A model generated the notes under the pieces. The model saw nothing but the letters and a program-made list of their open reading frames with translations. It searched no databases and was not told the origin of the DNA. Shown here piece by piece: positions 24,638 to 31,476 of a DNA stretch of 37,747 nucleotides; within the stretch, counting starts at the first letter, position 1, and each line of letters starts with the position of its first letter. This DNA is from a bacterium (GTDB lineage Bacteria > Patescibacteriota > Minisyncoccia > CAYZDR01). The position numbers and the translations under genes were made by a program. The DNA lies in contig JAZDGL010000018.1 in assembly GCA_043806975.1 (NCBI GenBank), positions 1 to 37,747 on the forward strand, read 5' to 3'.

Positions 24638-24653
24638 TGAAGAGTATAAATTT

Positions 24654-26378
24654 ATGAAATTTATTTTTGTTGCAGGCGGAGTGATGTCAGGAGTAGGGAA
24701 AGGCGTTGCGGCCGCATCTATTGCTAAAATTTTGCAAAGCAAAGGGTATAGCATAACATCTATTAAAATTGATCCTTATGTGAATGTGGATGCGGGGACA
24801 ATGAACCCTGTGGAGCATGGGGAGGTTTTTGTGACCCACGATGGAATGGAATGCGATATGGATATGGGAAATTATGAAAGGTTTTTAAACAAAAACATTT
24901 TGGCAACGAATTATATGACCACGGGGTCGGTTTATAAGGCTATCATAGATAAAGAAAGAAATTTGGAATATAAAGGAAAGTGCGTTTCGGTGGTGCCGAT
25001 GATCCCAGAAGAAGTTATCGCAAGAATAAAGCGGGCGGGAAAATTAGCGAAAGCGGATATGGTGGTTGTGGAAATTGGCGGGACGGTGGGTGAATATGAA
25101 AATATCTTGTTTTTGGAGGCAGCGCGGATGATGCGGCTGCGCGAACCGAAGGGGGTCGTTTTTATTTTAGTTAGTTTTTTGCCTATTCCAAGCAAAATTG
25201 GAGAGATGAAGACAAAGCCTACTCAGCATGCGGTTCGGACGCTAAATTCAGCTGGAATTCAGCCCGATTTTATTTTATGCCGCTCAACTAATCCGCTTGA
25301 TGAAAGAAGAAAAGAAAAAATTTCCATATTTTGTAATATGCTTAAAGATGATGTGATTTCTGCTCCTGATGTTGAATCTATTTACGATGTTCCTGTGAAT
25401 TTTGAAAAAGATGAGCTTGGAAAGAAAATTTTGAAAAAATTTGGAATGAAAGCGAAAAAAACAAATATGCAAAATTGGCGCGAAATGGCTGAAATAATGA
25501 AAAGCAGCAAAAAAGAAGTAAAAATTGGAATTGTTGGGAAGTATTTTAAGTCAGGAGATTTTGTTTTAAAAGATGCGTATGTTTCTGTGATTGAAGCAAT
25601 TAAGCACGCGGCATGGGTAAATAAGCGTAAGCCTATAATTGAGTGGGTGGACGCAGGAGAGTTTGAAGAAACACCTCTTTCTCCCCCTTTCGGAGGGGGA
25701 GGTAGGAGGAGTGGAAATTCTCTCCTCCTTGATAAGGGGGAGGTTAGGAGGGGGTCTTCTATAAATTGTCTAAAAAATTTTGATGCGATTATTGTTCCTG
25801 GCGGTTTTGGCGAAAGAGGGGTTGAGGGGAAAATTGCCGCGATAAAATATGCGCGAGAAAACAAAATTCCGTTTTTGGGGCTTTGTTTGGGAATGCAAAT
25901 GGCAGTGATAGAATTTGCTCGCAATGTCTGCGGATTATCTGGCGCGAATTCCACCGAAATTAATTCAAAAACAAAATATCCCGTGATAGATATTATTGAA
26001 GAGCAAAAAGAAAAAATGAAAAATAAAAATTATGGCGGGAGTATGCGCTTGGGGGCGTATAAATGCAGTTTAAAGTCGAATACAGAGGCGCTGAAAGCGT
26101 ATAAAATGACGGGGAGAATAATTAATGGTGAAAATGGTGAGAATTTGGTTGAAGAGCGCCATCGCCATAGATATGAGTTTAATAATGGTTTCAGACAGAA
26201 ACTGGAAGAAAAAGGGTTGATAATCTCGGGCATAAACCCGGAGCAGAATTTAGTGGAAATTATTGAGTTAAAGGATCACCCATTTTTTGTCGGGGTTCAA
26301 TTTCATCCAGAATTTTTGTCTCGTCCGTTAGATCCGCACCCGCTATTTAAAGAATTGATAAAAGCGGCGATAAAGTAA
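24654..26378 (+). CDS. pyrG: CTP synthase
   Basis: MKFIFVAGGVMSGVGKG start, and the GATase motifs PGGFGERG, GLCLGMQ and HRHRYE. The upstream TTG extension in the track is repeat-derived. Confidence 0.95.
   Translation: MKFIFVAGGVMSGVGKGVAAASIAKILQSKGYSITSIKIDPYVNVDAGTMNPVEHGEVFVTHDGMECDMDMGNYERFLNKNILATNYMTTGSVYKAIIDKERNLEYKGKCVSVVPMIPEEVIARIKRAGKLAKADMVVVEIGGTVGEYENILFLEAARMMRLREPKGVVFILVSFLPIPSKIGEMKTKPTQHAVRTLNSAGIQPDFILCRSTNPLDERRKEKISIFCNMLKDDVISAPDVESIYDVPVNFEKDELGKKILKKFGMKAKKTNMQNWREMAEIMKSSKKEVKIGIVGKYFKSGDFVLKDAYVSVIEAIKHAAWVNKRKPIIEWVDAGEFEETPLSPPFGGGGRRSGNSLLLDKGEVRRGSSINCLKNFDAIIVPGGFGERGVEGKIAAIKYARENKIPFLGLCLGMQMAVIEFARNVCGLSGANSTEINSKTKYPVIDIIEEQKEKMKNKNYGGSMRLGAYKCSLKSNTEALKAYKMTGRIINGENGENLVEERHRHRYEFNNGFRQKLEEKGLIISGINPEQNLVEIIELKDHPFFVGVQFHPEFLSRPLDPHPLFKELIKAAIK
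25674..25760 (+). repeat. two hairpin cassettes of the intergenic repeat system inserted in frame (87 nt, 29 codons) in pyrG
   Basis: 25719-25755 matches intergenic 27523-27559 at 35 of 37 positions. It encodes PLSPPFGGGGRRSGNSLLLDKGEVRRGSS, between the EFEE strand and LKNFDAIIVPGGFG. Confidence 0.85.
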
Positions 26379-26399
26379 AATTTTTATTTCTAACCAAAT

Positions 26400-26534
26400 T
26401 ATAGCTTCCGTAAAACAAATTCCGTTATTTTCTCCCTTTAAAAAGGGAGATTAAGAGGGATTTTGATGTTTTCCCCCTTAATAAGGGGGAATTGAAGGGG
26501 GTTTTGTAAATAAATTTGTTTTGCAAAAGCTATA
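26400..26534. repeat. Family-A modular palindromic element, copy 6 (complete, 135 bp)
   Basis: TATAGCTTCCGTAAAACAAATT ... AATTTGTTTTGCAAAAGCTATA, starting 22 nt after the pyrG stop. Confidence 0.9.
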
Positions 26535-26536
26535 AT

Positions 26537-26582
26537 TTGTCGTTGCGAGAAGCTCGAAAGGCGACGCGGCAATCTTGGAAGT
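26537..26582. repeat. Family-C REP-like unit (short copy)
   Basis: TTGTCGTTGCGAGAAGCTCGAAAGGCGACGCGGCAATCTTGG. The same class occurs at 31033-31094 and 31139-31203. Confidence 0.6.
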
Positions 26583-26645
26583 TTCTGCTTAACTAAAAAA
26601 CCAGAGCTTCCTCTAGTTTTTAAAATAAATCTATTTTTGCTGTAT

Positions 26646-26918
26646 TTACATCACATTCACAAACTTTTTCACAAGCTTTTTCCCCGTAAAACTAGTAACT
26701 TTTTTTGTGGAAAATTGAACTTTCCCGGATTTTACCGCATATAGAGTGTCGTCTTTCCCTTGCCTTACATTTAATCCTGGTTCAAATTTATTTCCTCTTT
26801 GGCGAATTAAAATACTACCGATATTTGCTATCTGACCGTCAAAAAGTTTTACACCGAGGTATTTCGGCTGTGAATCTCGTCCGTTTTTGCTTGAACCCTG
26901 TCCTAGTTTATGCGCCAT
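26646..26918 (-). CDS. rpmA: 50S ribosomal protein L27
   Basis: [24 protein letters not shown]... matches the conserved L27 N-terminus. Confidence 0.93.
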   Translation of the reverse strand: MAHKLGQGSSKNGRDSQPKYLGVKLFDGQIANIGSILIRQRGNKFEPGLNVRQGKDDTLYAVKSGKVQFSTKKVTSFTGKKLVKKFVNVM

Positions 26919-26928
26919 AACTTCTTTC

Positions 26929-26970
26929 TTCCCCCTTTGAAAAGGGGGATTGAGGGGGTTTTATCCCCCG
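26929..26970. repeat. hairpin cassette directly upstream of the rpmA start
   Basis: TTCCCCCTTTGAAAAGGGGGATTGAGGGGGTTTTATCCCCCG. On the rpmA strand the AAAGGGGGAAGAAAGAAG tract before the ATG can pair with TCCCCCTTTT. Confidence 0.7.
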
Positions 26971-27018
26971 CCATTTATTTTTTAAATCAACAACTTTATT
27001 ATACCAAAATATAAAAAT

Positions 27019-27399
27019 ATGTCAATAAAAGACTTTTGGGAGAAATTTGGGGAGAATATAGCGATTTTTGGAATAGTTTTAACTGCGGTAGGCATTGCTT
27101 TTTTAGTCGGAAGAATTAGTGTTTTAGAAAGCAATGAACTGCCAATCCAAATCAGATCATCTTTGAGCGAAAACACAGATTTATCCGATTCCGTAGGGGC
27201 GGAGAATCTTCCGCCCCTACAAGAAACAGAAAAACCTCGCTATGGAATGTATTGCGCTAGCAAAAACAGCGACATTTATCATCTTTGGAATTGTCCCAGT
27301 GTCGCGCGCATCAAGGACGAAAACAAAATTTGGTTTGATTTGGAAGAAGAGGCAAAAGAAACTGGCCGCAAACCCGCCAGCGATTGTTTGGGAGAATGA
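27019..27399 (+). CDS. membrane-anchored protein with a C-terminal Ada-like metal-binding (Cys/His) domain
   Basis: One TM helix, then YCASKNSDIYHLWNCPSVARIKDENKIWFDLEEEAKETGRKPASDC, following the YxxSxxSxxYHxxxC...C pattern. Confidence 0.6.
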   Translation: MSIKDFWEKFGENIAIFGIVLTAVGIAFLVGRISVLESNELPIQIRSSLSENTDLSDSVGAENLPPLQETEKPRYGMYCASKNSDIYHLWNCPSVARIKDENKIWFDLEEEAKETGRKPASDCLGE

Positions 27400-27570
27400 T
27401 TTTTTTCCTCTCCCCCTTACTATGTTCTGCCGAAACACAATAGAGCAAAGGAGAATCAATAGAACGAAGGAGAATCAAGGGGTAGGGGGGGATTTTTTCC
27501 CTTTTCTGAGGGGGATTTTTTTTCTCTCCCCCTTGGTAAGGGGGAGGTTAGGAGGGGGTGCATTGGGGAA
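27400..27570. repeat. cluster of hairpin cassettes between convergent genes
   Basis: CCTCTCCCCCTTAC..., GGGGTAGGGGGGG, TCCCTTTTCTGAGGGGGA and TCTCTCCCCCTTGGTAAGGGGGAGGTTAGGAGGGGGT. Confidence 0.8.
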
Positions 27571-27624
27571 TACTAAAAAAAGATAAAAACAGCAATCCGT
27601 TAAAAAAGTTTCCAAAAAAGGATT

Positions 27625-28758
27625 TTATCCTTTCTCAATTCTTAAAACTTTCCATTCTTTCCCGATTTTTTTTGTTTTTTCTATTTCCATAAAATCAGAA
27701 GGAGAAAGGGCGGGTAAAATTTCCTCCAATTTAGATTTATCCGGGGCAAAAACTTCTTCCCATTTTCCAGCTTTTTTAAGAATTTCAGAGACGGTGTTCC
27801 AATTGTAATCAAATCTTTTTTGGGTAGATCGCACAATAGAGCCCCCATCATCTCCAAAAATTCGCTCTATTTTTTGCGCATCGCAATACTGGTTGATTTT
27901 TTCTTTCATTTCAGCTGTTTCTTTCGCTAATTCCGATTCCTGTTCTTTCAATTCAAAAAAACGGCGCAGAATTTTTTGAATGTCTATTTCTTCTTGCGCG
28001 GCAGATTTTTCTTTGAATTTATGCGAAAACATCGGGCAATTTTTTTGAAATCCGCACCAATCGCAAAGCGGTCCCACAATCGGCTCAAACTTATTGTTTT
28101 TTTCTGCTTCTTCTATTTTTTCAATAATATGCAGAACTTTTTGTTTTGTTGTTTCTAAATTTTCTGATGTTTTAACGCTGGAAAGTTTAATCCCGTGCTG
28201 CAAAAAATAAAGGCTTGTTTTTATCGGATTTTTGTCAAAATCAGGCCATTGGCTTAAAAATCCGATTTGATAAATAGCAAGCTGTAAATCATTCTCAATA
28301 TTCTCTTGGGAAGGCAGTCTTCGGCTTGTTTTGTAGTCAATAATTTCAAAACTGCCGTCTTCAAGCTTATCAATGCGGTCTATTTTTCCAGAAAGAGAGT
28401 GGTTTTCGTTCATAGGCGCCTGAAAATACAATTCAAGCGCGATAGGGCTGATTTTGGAAGAATCGTTTTGCTTAGCATATTTTTCTAGAATTTGTTTCCC
28501 TTGGCTAAAAAGAGTTTGCTCGGCAAATTCATCTTCAAAAAGCTCTTTTTTCCAGTTGGAGACAAAAAAATTCAAGACCTCTTTTTCTGAAACAGGGGAT
28601 AATCGTCCCGGTTGATGATAAAATTTCAACGCGCTGTGAATTGCGGTTCCAAAAATCGCATCCTTGCCCTTCGGCGCGCGGATTTTATCTATTTCTTGAA
28701 ATTTGTATTTTAGCGGGCACTGTAAAAAGGTATCTAGCGCCGAATAAGATGTTTTCAT
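27625..28758 (-). CDS. PD-(D/E)XK nuclease of the RecB/AddB/Cas4 type with a 4-Cys (Fe-S) signature and an uncharacterised C-terminal extension of about 130 aa
   Basis: QCP near the N-terminus, GKIDRIDKLEDGSFEIIDYKTS, QLAIYQ and CDWCGFQKNC. The ATG at 28758 is preferred over the track's TTG at 28776. Confidence 0.8.
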   Translation of the reverse strand: MKTSYSALDTFLQCPLKYKFQEIDKIRAPKGKDAIFGTAIHSALKFYHQPGRLSPVSEKEVLNFFVSNWKKELFEDEFAEQTLFSQGKQILEKYAKQNDSSKISPIALELYFQAPMNENHSLSGKIDRIDKLEDGSFEIIDYKTSRRLPSQENIENDLQLAIYQIGFLSQWPDFDKNPIKTSLYFLQHGIKLSSVKTSENLETTKQKVLHIIEKIEEAEKNNKFEPIVGPLCDWCGFQKNCPMFSHKFKEKSAAQEEIDIQKILRRFFELKEQESELAKETAEMKEKINQYCDAQKIERIFGDDGGSIVRSTQKRFDYNWNTVSEILKKAGKWEEVFAPDKSKLEEILPALSPSDFMEIEKTKKIGKEWKVLRIEKG

Positions 28759-28764
28759 AAGGAT

Positions 28765-28792
28765 ATTATACAGCAAATTCTTGAAATTTCAA
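28765..28792 (-). promoter_or_regulatory. promoter for the nuclease gene, -10 only 6 nt from the ATG
   Basis: Reverse strand reads TTGAAA (28792-28787), 16 nt, TATAAT (28770-28765), ATCCTT, then ATG (28758). The -35 lies in the palindrome TTGAAATTTCAA (28781-28792). Confidence 0.5.
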
Positions 28793-28857
28793 AACTTTTT
28801 TATATGGAGGAAATTTGAGATTTTGTTAAACGGGATGTTTTTATTTTTCCTAAACTA

Positions 28858-28866
28858 TGCTAAAAT
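28858..28866 (+). promoter_or_regulatory. extended -10 element (TGcTAAAAT) 7 nt upstream of the NTase ATG
   Basis: TGCTAAAAT at 28858-28866, ATG at 28874, no SD. Confidence 0.4.
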
Positions 28867-28873
28867 AAAACTA

Positions 28874-29185
28874 ATGAGATTAGAAAAATACAGCGAAGAA
28901 AAATTAAAAAAGCAGATTTTGGAAATAGCGAGTAAACATTTAGATTTAAGCCAATACAAGGTGTTCTTTTTTGGTTCAAGGGTCTTCGGAGGAGGAAGCG
29001 ACCGTTCTGACATTGATCTTGGAATAGAAGGGAAGAATCCTGTTCCAATCAGAGAATTTGAAAATATTAAGGAGGAAATTGAGGAAATTCCGATTTTGTA
29101 TAAAGTTGAACTGGTGGATTTTAAAAAAGTTTCTCCGGAATTTTATAATTTTGCAAAAAAATCTATTGAAATAATTAATCCGTAA
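28874..29185 (+). CDS. mntA: minimal nucleotidyltransferase (MNT), antitoxin of a HEPN/MNT type VII toxin-antitoxin pair
   Basis: FFFGSRVFGGGSDRSDIDLGIEG (GSx10-12DxD motif); 103 aa from the ATG at 28874. Confidence 0.85.
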   Translation: MRLEKYSEEKLKKQILEIASKHLDLSQYKVFFFGSRVFGGGSDRSDIDLGIEGKNPVPIREFENIKEEIEEIPILYKVELVDFKKVSPEFYNFAKKSIEIINP

Positions 29186-29196
29186 AACATAAAAAA

Positions 29197-29586
29197 ATGG
29201 GAAAAAGCAAATTTTCATTATTATTATCGCAATTTAAAAAAGCCGTTTTGCGGCTGGATGAAGTCTTGAAGCAAGAAAAAAATGATTTTATGAGAGATTC
29301 TGCCATTCAAAGGTTTGAATTTACTTTTGATTTGGCATGGAAAGCGGTTAAGGCTTATTTGGAAGAAGAAAGAGGTGTTATTTGCAATTCTCCCAAAGGT
29401 TGTTTTCGCGATGCTTATCAGCAAAAAATTATTGAAAACGATGAATTTTGGCTGGAAATTACGGATGCTCGCGATAGAACCTCGCATACTTATGAAGAAA
29501 TAACAGCAGAAGAAGTTTATCAAACCTTGCCTAAGTCGTTGGAATATTTCAAAAAACTATTAGAAAAATTACAAGATAATTCATAG
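29197..29586 (+). CDS. hepT: HEPN-domain protein, HI0074-family nucleotidyltransferase substrate-binding protein (toxin)
   Basis: RDSAIQRFEFTFDLAWKAVKAYL and the Rx4H motif RDRTSHTY. It starts 11 nt after the MNT gene. Confidence 0.85.
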   Translation: MGKSKFSLLLSQFKKAVLRLDEVLKQEKNDFMRDSAIQRFEFTFDLAWKAVKAYLEEERGVICNSPKGCFRDAYQQKIIENDEFWLEITDARDRTSHTYEEITAEEVYQTLPKSLEYFKKLLEKLQDNS

Positions 29587-29608
29587 AATCAAATTTATTT
29601 TGAAAATT

Positions 29609-30235
29609 ATGCAAAAATTGCTGTCGCGAGAGCAGATAAATAATATCCAAATTGAAGAAAACGGAGAGAGGCTGGTTTTAGTAAAAGGAACGGATAGATT
29701 AAAGATTTCGGATAAATTTGCGGATGTTTTTCTTGTTCGGGAAAAAGTTCTTGAGATGTTAAATGAGGCGGCAGATAGCTTACCGATTGGTTTTACGCTT
29801 ATTTTTCTAGAAGGGTTTAGAAGCAGGCAAAAGCAGCAGCAAATTTGGGATAGCGCTATTTTAAAAGTAGAGAAAGGAAACCCGAATTTTAGTAAAGAAG
29901 AAATTGGAAGAAAGGTCAGGCTTAGTGTTGCTGCGCCGACGGGAAAAGGAGGGCACCAAACTGGTGGAGCTGTGGATGTCGCGCTAGGCGACGAAAAGGG
30001 GAATGAATTATTTTTAGGGACTGAAGCATGGGGGTTTAGCGAAAAGACATTTACTTTCAATGAATTGATTTCTTCTGAGGAGCAGGAATTAAGAAAGGTT
30101 TTATTTGATGCTATGATAAAAGCTGGATTTCAAAATTATCCTGCCGAATGGTGGCATTATAGTTATGGCGATCAGCTTTGGGCAGCTTACGGGGGGCATC
30201 CGAAAGCGATTTACTCGCATTTGGATATAGAATAG
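29609..30235 (+). CDS. D-alanyl-D-alanine dipeptidase (VanX/DdpX-like, peptidase M15D)
   Basis: GGHQTGGAVDV (SxHxxGxAxD-type) and AEWWHYSYGD motifs. ATG at 29609 is preferred over the TTG at 29600. Confidence 0.8.
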   Translation: MQKLLSREQINNIQIEENGERLVLVKGTDRLKISDKFADVFLVREKVLEMLNEAADSLPIGFTLIFLEGFRSRQKQQQIWDSAILKVEKGNPNFSKEEIGRKVRLSVAAPTGKGGHQTGGAVDVALGDEKGNELFLGTEAWGFSEKTFTFNELISSEEQELRKVLFDAMIKAGFQNYPAEWWHYSYGDQLWAAYGGHPKAIYSHLDIE

Positions 30236-30246
30236 TCTTTCTCTGC

Positions 30247-30277
30247 AGTTCCTTTTTAAAGGGAACTATTTTTGTTT
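30247..30277 (+). terminator. rho-independent terminator
   Basis: AGTTCCTTT-TTA-AAGGGAACT followed by ATTTTTGTTT. Confidence 0.7.
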
Positions 30278-30323
30278 AACAGCGACATAAGCAAAGTGTT
30301 AACTTTATCTTGGTAACTGCTTG

Positions 30324-30545
30324 CTGCCCTTATTTGTCATTCCGACCGAGCTCTGCCTGTATTCAGGCGGAGGCGAGTGGAGGGATCCCTTAAATAATAT
30401 AGTTGCCGCAAAAAAAATTCCGATGTTTTCTCCCTTTGGCCATCCTTCGTCCTATGGGCTTTGGCGGGACGCGGCAAGAAAGACTGAGAGGGATTCCGAT
30501 GTTTTCTCCCTTTTTAAAGGGAGATTAAGAGGGATTTTAAAATAT
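30324..30545. repeat. composite of a Family-B unit plus a Family-A element (copy 7, right terminus missing)
   Basis: 30324-30436 is the reverse complement of 596-706, at roughly 105 of 113 positions by eye. The left TIR is TATAGTTGCCGCAAAAAAAATT at 30398. Confidence 0.85.
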
Positions 30546-30576
30546 AAAAAAGCGCCTCGATGCAATGCATCGAGGC
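30544..30576 (-). terminator. rho-independent terminator for the 68-aa gene
   Basis: GCCTCGATGCA / TGCATCGAGGC palindrome (30554-30576). On the reverse strand it is followed by GCTTTTTTATATT. Confidence 0.7.
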
Positions 30577-30592
30577 CTGGTATAAAATAAAA

Positions 30593-30799
30593 CTAGAGTA
30601 ATTTTCGAACTGCCCAGTAATAAATTCCCGATTCATTTTTTTCCCTGGTAATCTCGCAATTGAGAATTGCCAATTCTTCCTTAATTCTATCTTGAGAGTC
30701 ACCACATAGAAATAAATCATAAACAGGTAACCATTCTTTTGTCGCTTGTTCTGAAAGCTCTTTTGCTTTTTCTTTTAATGCTTTTTTTGAATTTTCCAT
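30593..30799 (-). CDS. hypothetical small protein (68 aa)
   Basis: MENSKKALKEKAKELSEQATKEWLPVYDLFLCGDSQDRIKEELAILNCEITREKNESGIYYWAVRKLL. AAGGAAA lies upstream of the ATG at 30799. It has its own promoter and terminator. Confidence 0.6.
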   Translation of the reverse strand: MENSKKALKEKAKELSEQATKEWLPVYDLFLCGDSQDRIKEELAILNCEITREKNESGIYYWAVRKLL

Positions 30800-30835
30800 C
30801 AAATTTTTCCTTTCTTTCTTTTTAAGGTTATTGAC

Positions 30836-30897
30836 TTCTTCTGGCTGCAATCGCAATGACTATTATCAGATAATCACTGTGATTGTAGCCAGAAGAA
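30836..30897 (-). promoter_or_regulatory. long hairpin with a central palindrome in the 5' leader of the 68-aa gene
   Basis: 17-nt arms TTCTTCTGGCTGCAATC (30836-30852) and GATTGTAGCCAGAAGAA (30881-30897) with one mismatch. A central TTATCAGATAA palindrome lies at 30863-30873. Confidence 0.55.
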
Positions 30898-30970
30898 TAA
30901 GCCGAAAATAGAGAAGAAAACAGCTTTTCAAGGAACTACCGCACATTCGCATTTGAAGCCGAACACTTAT

Positions 30971-30999
30971 ATTATAGCACCAATTTTACATTTTGTCAA
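30971..30999 (-). promoter_or_regulatory. consensus sigma70-type promoter
   Basis: Reverse strand reads TTGACA (30999-30994), exactly 17 nt, TATAAT (30976-30971). It lies about 165 nt upstream of the ATG at 30799. Confidence 0.6.
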
Positions 31000-31032
31000 T
31001 CTAAATTGGCAGAACTACTTACTGCCTCAAAA

Positions 31033-31203
31033 TTGTCATTGCGAGAAGCCCGCAGTTTCGTAAGAAACAAGGGCGACGAAGCAATCTCGTGACGACGCGG
31101 AAAATAGCGTTAAGTTAAAAATAAATCGTAAATCCTGCTTTGTCGCGAGATTGCCGCGTCGCTATCCGCCTTCGGCGGATGAACGCTCCTCGCAATGACA
31201 GGA
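31033..31203. repeat. inverted pair of Family-C REP-like units
   Basis: TTGTCATTGCGAGAAGC...GGCGACGAAGCAATCTCGTGACG (31033-31094), with its inverted homologue TTGTCGCGAGATTGCCGCGTCGC...GCTCCTCGCAATGACAGG (31139-31203). Confidence 0.75.
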
Positions 31204-31237
31204 TTAAAATACGGTGAATAATCATATACAAAAAAAT

Positions 31238-31266
31238 TTGACAAAAAACATCTCGTGTGATATAAA
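31238..31266 (+). promoter_or_regulatory. near-consensus sigma70-type promoter of an orphan transcription unit
   Basis: TTGACA (31238-31243), 17 nt, TGa-TATAAA (-10 at 31261-31266). Confidence 0.6.
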
Positions 31267-31275
31267 TAAATCGCA

Positions 31276-31446
31276 ATGAGTAATATAAATTATCACCAGT
31301 TAAATAGAAACAACCGAGTCGGAATGATTTCCGGGAATTTTTGCTTTGTTTTTGGCATTTTTATGCCAAAAACAGCCAATATCTCAACAAATCTTCCAAT
31401 GTTTTCGTTTAGTCGGGATAATTATTTTAAGCATCGTATTATGTAA
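31276..31446 (+). other. orphan unit body: either a leaderless 56-aa ORF or a non-coding RNA of about 240 nt
   Basis: ATG lies 9 nt after the -10 with no SD. The ORF is MSNINYHQLNRNNRVGMISGNFCFVFGIFMPKTANISTNLPMFSFSRDNYFKHRIM. An internal 12-bp hairpin TGTTTTTGGCAT-TTTT-ATGCCAAAAACA is present. Confidence 0.3.
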
Positions 31447-31476
31447 ATAATCGATAAAAATCACTTAAAACAACCC

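Noticed and set aside
25382-25954. 190-aa antisense ORF inside pyrG, plus the other antisense ORFs listed within ftsI, murF, hydA, ctpA, LCP, gltX, the PcsB-like gene and others
   Set aside because: These are shadow ORFs opposite strongly supported conserved genes. Their translations are low-complexity and they lack SDs and promoters.
27242-27586. 114-aa + strand ORF overlapping the end of 27019-27399 and the cassette cluster; similarly 32090-32320 (reverse strand, 76 aa)
   Set aside because: These are out-of-frame overlaps with a better gene, or they run through hairpin cassettes (PLVRGRLGGG-type translation). There are no start signals.
27400-30545. Prophage, IS or integrative element interpretation of the accessory islet
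   Set aside because: There is no integrase, transposase, phage structural gene or direct-repeat att site. The flanking repeats belong to the dispersed families and are not a matched pair.
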